Shown here piece after piece: positions 7,773-15,280 of a stretch of DNA of 50,980 nt (positions are counted from its first letter, which is position 1; each line of letters begins with the position of its first letter). This stretch comes from Candidatus Eiseniibacteriota bacterium (GTDB taxonomy: Bacteria; Orphanbacterota; Orphanbacteria; Orphanbacterales; Orphanbacteraceae), in assembly GCA_043809585.1 (NCBI GenBank), contig JBDROZ010000036.1, positions 1 through 50,980 on the forward strand. Direction: 5' to 3'. Position numbers and translations under genes: made by a program. The notes under the pieces were generated by a model. That model made no database searches. It was given only the letters and a program-made list of their open reading frames with translations, and had not been told where the DNA came from.

Positions 7773-10700
7773 ATGCTCGAACGACTGATGAGGATCGGCC
7801 TGAAGAACAGGCTGATCGTCCTCCTCGCCGCCGCCGGGATGGTGGTGCTCGGCATTCTGACGATCTCGAACATACCGATCGACGTCTTTCCCGATCTGAC
7901 GGCGCCGACGGTGACCGTGATGACCGAAGCCCACGGAATGGCGCCGGAAGAAGTGGAACGACTCGTTACCTTTCCCATCGAGACGATCCTTAACGGCGCG
8001 TCCAAGGTGCGGCGCGTGCGCTCCAATTCGATTCAGGGGCTTTCGACGGTATGGGTCGAGTTCGACTGGGGGACGGAAATCTACCTGGCCCGCCAAATCG
8101 TAACCGAGAAGCTCCAGGCCGTGACCGGGGCGCTTCCTCCGGGCGTCGACCGGCCGGTGCTTGCACCGGTGACATCGATCATGGGGGAGATCATGCTCGT
8201 CGGCATGACCGCGAACGAGACCCCGCCGATGGAGCTCAGGGCAATCGCCGACTTTGACGTCCGGCGGCGCGTTCTCTCCGTGCCCGGCGTGTCGCAGGTC
8301 CTGGTCTATGGCGGGGAGACGCAGGAATTCCAGGTGCAACTGGACCCCTACCGGCTGGAAGCCCGGGACATCACGGTTCGTGAGGTTGTGCGCGCCGTGG
8401 AGGAGACGAACGAAAACGCGACGGGCGGCGTGCTCGTTCAGTCGGGCCAGGAATACCTGATTCGGGGCCTCGGGCGGGCGCGGGGCACGGCGGATCTCGA
8501 GAACACGGTAGTCGCCCTCCGCGGAGGAACACCCGTGCTCGTTGGCGACGTGGCCGACGTGAGGGTTGCGCCGGCGTTTCGTATCGGCACGGCGTCGATC
8601 AACGACAAGGACGGTGTGATCCTCGTGATCGCCAAGCAGCCCGAGGCGAACACGCTGGAACTGACGCGGCTGATCGAGGCGAGACTCGAGGAGATGAGGA
8701 GCTTTCTGCCGCCCGACATTCGTCTTCATACCGACATTTTCCGGCAGGCCGATTTCATTCAGGTTGCCATTGACAACGTGGTGAGGGGACTCCGAGACGG
8801 AGCAGTGCTCGTAATCCTCGTGCTCTTCCTCTTTCTGCTGAACCTCCGGACCACGTTCATTTCGGTGGTGGCGATACCTCTCTCCCTGGTCGTGGCCTTT
8901 CTCGTCCTCAAGATCGTGGGGCAGACGATCAACACGATGACCCTAGGAGGTATGGCGATCGCCATCGGGGTTCTCGTCGACGACGCGATCATCTACGTGG
9001 AGAACGTCTTTCGTCGGGTGAAGGAGAATCGGCGGAAACCGGAGAGGGAAAGGCGGACTTTCGACGAAACGGTGGCGGCCGCCTCGAACGAAATCCGATC
9101 GCCCATCGCGATGGCGACATTCATCGTAGTCGCCGTGTTCATACCCCTCTTCTTCCTTGGCGGCGTGGAGGGGAGAATGCTCCGCCCCCTCGGCATCGCC
9201 TACGTCGTAGCCGTTCTCGCGTCCCTCCTCGTGGCGGTGACCGTGACGCCGGCCATGTCTTCCTACCTGCTGCGCGGGGCCGGTGACGGGAGGGACGGTG
9301 ATTCATGGGTGGTGCGCCGCCTGAAGACGGCATACGAGCCCGGACTCCGCTTCTTTCTTCGCCGTCGGACTCTTACGGTCCTTCTGGCGGGGATTCTGGT
9401 CCTGGTATCGTTGGCGATGTTGCCCTTCCTCGGGCGGGCGTTCTTGCCGGAGTTCAACGAAGGAACGCTGAACATCAGCATGGCGACCCTCCCCGGCACA
9501 TCCCTCGAGGAATCGGACGCCATAGGCTCCCTCGTCGAATCGATCCTTCTCGCCCATCCGGCGGTGGTCTCCACGGCGCGCCGGACGGGGCGCACGGAGC
9601 TTGACGAGCACTCCCTCGGATCCCATGCGCACGAGATGGAGGTAAACATCGATCTCCGAGACATCTCGAAGGAGGAGCTACTGGGCGATCTCCGCAGAGA
9701 CCTCGGGCTCGTGCCGGGCACGAACATCACGATGGGGCAACCGATCAGCCATCGCATCGATCACATGCTTTCGGGGACACGGGCCAATATCGCGGTGAAG
9801 ATCTTCGGACCCGATCTGTACGGGCTCCGGCGGGTTGCCCGGCTCGTGGAGAGCGAGATGGAGAACGTCCGGGGGATCGTCGATCTGTCGGTGGACCTGC
9901 AGGCGGACGTCCCGCAGGTGAGGATTCGCGCGGACCGTGGGCGGATGGCGGCCTACGGCCTGCGAATCGGTGACATGGACGAACACATCGATGCCGCGTT
10001 TCTCGGGATCAGAACGTCGGAGATCTTCGAGGGGGAACATCGGCACCAGGTGGTGGTTCGATACGGGCCGCGCTTTCGGGACGACCTCGAGGGCATCCGC
10101 CGGAGTCTGCTCGACACGCCGACGGGCGCCCGCATCCCTCTCGATATGGTGGCCGACGTGTCGATCGACCGCGGACCGAACTACATCAGCCGGGAGCGCG
10201 TGGAGCGGAAGATCGTGGTGCAGGCGAACGTGGCGGGACGGGACCTTCGAAGCACCGTGGAGGACACGAGGGCCCGAATCGCGGCGAACGTCCCGATGCC
10301 CGAAGGATATCATGTCGAATTCGGCGGCCAATTCGAGAGCGAGGAGCAGGCGACGCGAACGGTTCTACTCCTCAGCCTTGTATCGATCGCGGCCATCCTC
10401 GTCACGCTCTACATCGAGTTCGGGAGCTTTCGCCAGGCGATTCTGGTGATGGTGAACCTTCCCCTCGCGCTGATCGGCGGCATCATGAGCGTGCATCTCT
10501 CCGGCGGGGTCCTCTCGATCGCGTCCCTCGTCGGCTTCATCACTCTCTTCGGCATCGCCGTACGAAACGGCATTCTCATGGTCTCCCACTTCAATCATCT
10601 CATCGACGACGAGGAGATGGCGGTGGATGAGGCCGTCCTGAGAGGCTCGATGGAGAGGCTCAGCCCGATCCTGATGACCGCTCTCACCACGGGGTTGGCT

Positions 10701-10856
10701 CTCTTGCCGCTCGCTCTCTCGGGCGACAAGCCGGGGAGCGAGATCGAATCGCCCATGGCGTTTGTGATCCTGGGCGGACTTCTGACGGCCACGTTCCTGA
10801 ACCTGGTGGTCGTGCCGGTTCTCTATCTGCGATGGGGCCGGGCGACAAAGGGATAG
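7773..10856 (+). CDS. CusA/CzcA family heavy-metal efflux RND permease
   Basis: 1027 aa; PIDVFPDL, NTMTLGGMAIAIGVLVDDAIIYVEN, FLPEFNEG, GFITLFGIAVRNG and RLSPILMTA. Confidence 0.95.
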   Translation: MLERLMRIGLKNRLIVLLAAAGMVVLGILTISNIPIDVFPDLTAPTVTVMTEAHGMAPEEVERLVTFPIETILNGASKVRRVRSNSIQGLSTVWVEFDWGTEIYLARQIVTEKLQAVTGALPPGVDRPVLAPVTSIMGEIMLVGMTANETPPMELRAIADFDVRRRVLSVPGVSQVLVYGGETQEFQVQLDPYRLEARDITVREVVRAVEETNENATGGVLVQSGQEYLIRGLGRARGTADLENTVVALRGGTPVLVGDVADVRVAPAFRIGTASINDKDGVILVIAKQPEANTLELTRLIEARLEEMRSFLPPDIRLHTDIFRQADFIQVAIDNVVRGLRDGAVLVILVLFLFLLNLRTTFISVVAIPLSLVVAFLVLKIVGQTINTMTLGGMAIAIGVLVDDAIIYVENVFRRVKENRRKPERERRTFDETVAAASNEIRSPIAMATFIVVAVFIPLFFLGGVEGRMLRPLGIAYVVAVLASLLVAVTVTPAMSSYLLRGAGDGRDGDSWVVRRLKTAYEPGLRFFLRRRTLTVLLAGILVLVSLAMLPFLGRAFLPEFNEGTLNISMATLPGTSLEESDAIGSLVESILLAHPAVVSTARRTGRTELDEHSLGSHAHEMEVNIDLRDISKEELLGDLRRDLGLVPGTNITMGQPISHRIDHMLSGTRANIAVKIFGPDLYGLRRVARLVESEMENVRGIVDLSVDLQADVPQVRIRADRGRMAAYGLRIGDMDEHIDAAFLGIRTSEIFEGEHRHQVVVRYGPRFRDDLEGIRRSLLDTPTGARIPLDMVADVSIDRGPNYISRERVERKIVVQANVAGRDLRSTVEDTRARIAANVPMPEGYHVEFGGQFESEEQATRTVLLLSLVSIAAILVTLYIEFGSFRQAILVMVNLPLALIGGIMSVHLSGGVLSIASLVGFITLFGIAVRNGILMVSHFNHLIDDEEMAVDEAVLRGSMERLSPILMTALTTGLALLPLALSGDKPGSEIESPMAFVILGGLLTATFLNLVVVPVLYLRWGRATKG

Positions 10857-10868
10857 GGCGCGAAAAGA

Positions 10869-10888
10869 CGGGGCGCCCGGGCGCCCCG
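10869..10888 (-). terminator. GC hairpin between convergent genes
   Basis: CGGGGCGCC-cg-GGCGCCCCG, followed on the minus strand by TCTTTT. Confidence 0.45.
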
Positions 10889-10914
10889 CGGATGCCTCGT
10901 GATGCCGTGAACCG

Positions 10915-12972
10915 TCAGGCCGTCCGCTGCTGGAAGAGCGATCTCCCGTTCATCTGCTGCGGTTTGGGGATCCCGAAGAAATCGAGGATGGTGACCGGCA
11001 GGTCCCAGATGTTCGCCTGCCCCTCGGGGAGGTTCTTGCTCGCGAAGAGGGAGCCCGGGATCAGGTCCTTCGCCATCGAGTGGTCGCCGGACCAGGCCCA
11101 CGGGTTCAGGTCGATGATCGCCTTGCCCGTCTCGCCGAGGACCGACGGGGACGAGCACCGGTAGCCGGGCGTGTACCCGACGAGCATCTCCGGCATGATC
11201 GGCGTCGAATCGCCCGAGTACATCTCCTCCTTGCGGTAGACCCGGTGCACGGGCCGGATGCCCGTCTCCGGATCCTCGATCCTCTCGAGTTCGCGGCTGA
11301 TCCGGGCGACCAACTCTTCCGCCTTCGGGCCGTCGATGATGCCCTGGCCCTCGCGGCCCTTCCGGTTGATGTAGAGGCCGTTGAAGCCGATGCCGTAGGC
11401 GGCGGTGGCGCTCCAGTCGACGTCGAGGATCGTGGTCTCCTCTTTGAGCGCCGCATTCCCCTCCAGCGTCAGGTAACCGTTCTCCCGGAGCCACGTGTTC
11501 AGGTGGAACTGGCGCCCGAACTGGGCGAAGCCGTGGTCGGAGCAGATGAGAAGGAGCGTGTTGTCGTCCACCGCGGGGAGAACCTTGCCGACGAGCTTGT
11601 CCATCTTCTCATAGAGGTGATGGATGTAGCCGGCGAAGCGGACGTCGCTCCGGTCGTGCATCGGATGGGTCTTGTCCATGTTCCGCCAGAGCATGTGCGC
11701 GTCCTGGTCGGTGTTGGAAACGTAAAAGTAGAGCATGCCCGACTCAAAGCGCTCCCACTCGTAGTCGAAGATCGCGAGGCGCTCCTCGAGGAGCAGCTCC
11801 GCCTGGGCGACGTAGGCCTCGTCATCGATGACCCGGTAGTCGAAGGCCTTCGTGTCCGCCGGCAGGCCCTTCGTCCAGAAGGGGCCGATCGCCCGGGCGA
11901 GGTCCTCGCCGTAGCTCTTGGGGTACGTGACCGGCATCGCCTGGTTGCCCGGGTCGATGTTGATCGGCGTGACGTACACCTTGATGTGGGGGTGCACTTC
12001 CTTGACGTAGAAGCGGGCGATACCCGAGACCGTGCTGATCACCGGCATCATCTCGAAGTTCACCGGCACCCAGTCGCTGTACTCCCCCTTCTTGAGGAGA
12101 ATGCTCTTCTCGTCCACGTCGATGCGTACCGAGTCCCGGCTCGGGTCGCGGTAGATCCGCACCGGCACCTTGGCGTAGTTGACGACCTTGTCCCGCTTGT
12201 CGTCCTTCGGCTTTTTCATCGAGTTGAGGGGGCCGGGGAGGAAGGTCTCCGCGGCGTGGTTCTTCACTTCCACGTAGTGGATGTTGCCGCCCGAGACGTT
12301 CGGGTAGTCCTCGAAGGTGTCCGAAGTGTAGTAGTTGAACATGCCGTACGAATCGACCAGGTCGGGGGTGCCCATACCGCTGATGGCGCGGGTGGCGGTC
12401 TCGTCGACGGGGAAGTTCGTCGGGATCTTGACGACCACCAACGGGATGCCCGCCTCGGTCAGGTAAGACCAGAAGGGGGTTCCCTTGCGGAGGTTCCGGA
12501 CGTCGCCCCCCTGGAGGGGGATCTGCCAGTCGCCGAGGGAGAGCTTGCGGCCCACGTCATCCGCCTCGTAGATGGAGAAGACGGGCATGTAGGTCTTCGG
12601 GTCCCGGGCGATGAAGTCGGCGATGCCGTGGCCCCCCGGATTGAGGCCGGTGATGAAGCTCGACCAGGCCACCGGGGAGAGGGCGGGCATGGTGGTCCCG
12701 AGAGAGCGAAAAGTTCCCATCTCCTTTAATTTCTTGAAGTTGGGCGCGCGCCCCATGTCGATGAGCGCCTGCACCATGTTCGGATCGAGGCCGTCGAGGC
12801 CGAGGACGATCACCTTCTTCGCCGTTGCAGACTTGGTGGAGGTGCAGGAAGCCAAGGGGAGTCCCATGGCGCCCACGGCCAGGCCGCCCGCTGTGGCTCG
12901 AAGGAAGTTCCGGCGGGAGACCCTCCGCGCCGCCGCCGCGTCCAATCGGCGATCCTGTCGTCCGTCTGTCAT
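10915..12972 (-). CDS. Alkaline phosphatase family / type I phosphodiesterase-nucleotide pyrophosphatase, Tat-exported lipoprotein
   Basis: SRRNFLR twin-arginine motif with lipobox LASC; VLGLDGLD, PALSPVAWSSFITG, DQDAH, SDHGF and SGDH. Confidence 0.88.
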   Translation of the reverse strand: MTDGRQDRRLDAAAARRVSRRNFLRATAGGLAVGAMGLPLASCTSTKSATAKKVIVLGLDGLDPNMVQALIDMGRAPNFKKLKEMGTFRSLGTTMPALSPVAWSSFITGLNPGGHGIADFIARDPKTYMPVFSIYEADDVGRKLSLGDWQIPLQGGDVRNLRKGTPFWSYLTEAGIPLVVVKIPTNFPVDETATRAISGMGTPDLVDSYGMFNYYTSDTFEDYPNVSGGNIHYVEVKNHAAETFLPGPLNSMKKPKDDKRDKVVNYAKVPVRIYRDPSRDSVRIDVDEKSILLKKGEYSDWVPVNFEMMPVISTVSGIARFYVKEVHPHIKVYVTPINIDPGNQAMPVTYPKSYGEDLARAIGPFWTKGLPADTKAFDYRVIDDEAYVAQAELLLEERLAIFDYEWERFESGMLYFYVSNTDQDAHMLWRNMDKTHPMHDRSDVRFAGYIHHLYEKMDKLVGKVLPAVDDNTLLLICSDHGFAQFGRQFHLNTWLRENGYLTLEGNAALKEETTILDVDWSATAAYGIGFNGLYINRKGREGQGIIDGPKAEELVARISRELERIEDPETGIRPVHRVYRKEEMYSGDSTPIMPEMLVGYTPGYRCSSPSVLGETGKAIIDLNPWAWSGDHSMAKDLIPGSLFASKNLPEGQANIWDLPVTILDFFGIPKPQQMNGRSLFQQRTA

Positions 12973-13281
12973 AATTGATTACCCATCAGTGAGTTGCGGC
13001 CAATCGCGCACTTTCTCCGCCCATCGTCGCTCTCTCTACCCTATCTTATATAGAATCGGAATACCTTCCCGGGAACGTTACACAATAACATAAGAAGAAA
13101 GAGCATTTCGGTCGACCCCTCGCCCTCCGGGGGACCCGGGGGGACATCTTCGATGATCCCCGAAGCCGGGGACGGCCACCGGCGTCATTCCCCCAAAAAA
13201 GACGGCGGAACCTCCTTCGGGCTTCCGTTGTTGAAAGGGGCAGGAACTCGGCCCGCGGCATCCCTCGAACCAGGACCGGCA

Positions 13282-13719
13282 ATGAGCGCACGGCTTCTCA
13301 TTCCCCGGAATCAGGACCGTCCCCGTGCGGGCAAGGTCGTGCGCTTCGCCCGCCGGCTCTGGCGGTTGGACGACCGGGCCTTCGTCCATCTCGCTTTGAT
13401 CGCCTTTCTCCTTCCCATGCCGGTCGCGAACCTCCGGGCCTTCACCGTGCGGGTCATGGTACCGGTCGCTCCGCGGGCGGCGACGTGCTGCGCTCCGTGC
13501 GCTTCCGATGAGGAGGCGGCCACGCCGGTGTCCCGGGGCTGCACGACCGCTCCGGCCTGCTTGCTCTGTTTCTTCCTCGGCGAAGGGTATCTTTTCGACT
13601 CGGGGAGTCCGGTTTGGTCCGACGGCATCACGCCTCTCGGCCGGGTCGCGAAGTGCGACACGATCCCGCCCGCCTCTCTTCATGCCCGTCCCCCCGTTCC
13701 CCCTCCGCGGGCGGTCTGA
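13282..13719 (+). CDS. Cys-containing leader-like protein with Pro-rich C-terminus (DUF2946/CutF-like; start uncertain 13282 or 13339)
   Basis: Hydrophobic segment VHLALIAFLLPMPVA; CCAPC and CTTAPACLLC motifs; ends ARPPVPPPRAV*. Confidence 0.55.
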   Translation: MSARLLIPRNQDRPRAGKVVRFARRLWRLDDRAFVHLALIAFLLPMPVANLRAFTVRVMVPVAPRAATCCAPCASDEEAATPVSRGCTTAPACLLCFFLGEGYLFDSGSPVWSDGITPLGRVAKCDTIPPASLHARPPVPPPRAV

Positions 13720-13788
13720 TCCGAACCCGTCCGCGTCCGCCTCCGGGCGGACAAGACCGGAAACGAAATCACAGGAAAGGACAGGGCC

Positions 13789-13950
13789 ATGAAGCCCATG
13801 AAGCGTCTCATGCTGATCGCCCTTGTTCTCGGCGGCGTGCTCGTCGGCGCCTACCAGCTCCAGGCGGGCGACAAGCAGTCGTGCGCGCCGGGGAGCGAGT
13901 GCTGCCCGGAGCAGTGCGATCCCGCTGACTGCGGGACGAGCTGCAACTAG
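13789..13950 (+). CDS. Small secreted Cys-rich peptide (53 aa; not in ORF track)
   Basis: SD GGAAAGGA; MKPMKRLMLIALVLGGVLVGAYQLQA-GDKQSCAPGSECCPEQCDPADCGTSCN*; host-like codons; followed by a terminator. Confidence 0.75.
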   Translation: MKPMKRLMLIALVLGGVLVGAYQLQAGDKQSCAPGSECCPEQCDPADCGTSCN

Positions 13951-13968
13951 GCGGCGCCTCCTGACAGG

Positions 13969-14011
13969 ACGCCCGGCGGGTTCACCGCCGGGCGTTTCGT
14001 TTGTTCGTTTT
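13969..14011 (+). terminator. Rho-independent terminator
   Basis: ACGCCCGGCGG-gttca-CCGCCGGGCGT, then TTCGTTTGTTCGTTTT. Confidence 0.75.
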
Positions 14012-14025
14012 CGGAACCCGGCGAC

Positions 14026-14991
14026 TCAGCGGATGAGCACGAGTTTCTCCGTCGCCCGGCGGAGGTCGGTACGAAGCACCGAGAAGTAGACGCCCGAGGG
14101 GAGAGGGTTCCCCCCGTCGTCCAGGCCGTTCCAGACGACCGATTTCCCGCCGCCCGTCTCCTCGCCGCTCACGAGGCTCCGCACGCGCCTCCCGCGAACA
14201 TCGTGGATGTCGATACTCACGTGGCCCCCGGGTCCGGGGATCTCGTACTCGATGGTCGTCAGCGGATTGAACGGGTTGGGCATCGCCCGGAGATCGAAGG
14301 CGACGGCCGGAAGCGCCGCGCCCACGCCCGTCGGCGTTCCGGGCCCGCCCATCTGGAAGCGGTCGGTTCCCGTCGTCGATCCGGCCAACCCGTCGAGCGG
14401 GCTTCCGGGGGCCCCCGTGAAGTCGATCCGGTAGGTGATGTCGAAGAAGCTGTCCACGGCGAAGTCCCCGCTCGGGAGTTCGGTGAGCGTCGTCACCCCG
14501 GGAGCGGGCAGACTGAAGTGCGTCCCCGTCAGGACCTGCAGGTAGTCGAAATCCGGATCGCCGAGAACCTCGCCGACCATGGCGAAGATCAGGGCCTCGA
14601 ATTCCTGCACCGGATCTCCCGGCACGCGGGGCGCCGTGTGAAACTCGACGATCACCGGAAGCGCGATCAAACGCTCGAAGCCCGTCAGGTCTCCGGTTCC
14701 CGTCATGACCAGGTGAAGGAGGGCGCCGCACTGCTGGATCTCCCCGTCCAGGAGACCACCGTCCCACCGGAGGATGTTGGCGAAGTCTCCGAGCCTCCCC
14801 TCGATGTCGATCGTCGTCCCCGGCGGCAGCCCGTCGAGGATCTGCATCGGCCCCTCGTACCCTCCCGGGCACTGGGGGGGGAGGTCGATGGTGCCGGTCC
14901 CGTTGTCGGGGAGGGCGCAGGGCAAGGCGAGGGTCGCGGGGACGATGAGAGCCGAGCCGAGAATGGCGGCGAGAAGCGTGCGAGTGAACAT
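14026..14991 (-). CDS. Secreted protein with C-terminal FlgD-Ig/T9SS-CTD-like domain
   Basis: Start MFTRTLLAAIL (SD GGGAG); C-terminal PNPFNPLTTIEY...VRGRRVRSLV...WNGLDDGG..LPSGVYF...KLVLIR. Confidence 0.85.
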   Translation of the reverse strand: MFTRTLLAAILGSALIVPATLALPCALPDNGTGTIDLPPQCPGGYEGPMQILDGLPPGTTIDIEGRLGDFANILRWDGGLLDGEIQQCGALLHLVMTGTGDLTGFERLIALPVIVEFHTAPRVPGDPVQEFEALIFAMVGEVLGDPDFDYLQVLTGTHFSLPAPGVTTLTELPSGDFAVDSFFDITYRIDFTGAPGSPLDGLAGSTTGTDRFQMGGPGTPTGVGAALPAVAFDLRAMPNPFNPLTTIEYEIPGPGGHVSIDIHDVRGRRVRSLVSGEETGGGKSVVWNGLDDGGNPLPSGVYFSVLRTDLRRATEKLVLIR

Positions 14992-15280
14992 CGTTTCGCT
15001 CCCATGTTCGGGTTGAACCGACGAAGCACGAACCGGGAAAGCGTTGCCGGCCACCCGTGCTGAGGCATAGAAAATACTCTAATACAGTCTCATTATACCA
15101 TGGCGAACGGCATGGGAGCCAATGGACCCGCGAAACTTGAATCTGTTCTGTGGCAACAAGTTACCGTATGAGCACCATCTTCGCCGCCGCCCGCCCCCGG
15201 TCGGTCCTGAGCAGGGAGAAATAGACCACTACGATCGTGTCTCAACCTCGATTCCATGAGACTGCCGCCACGGAAAGGTC

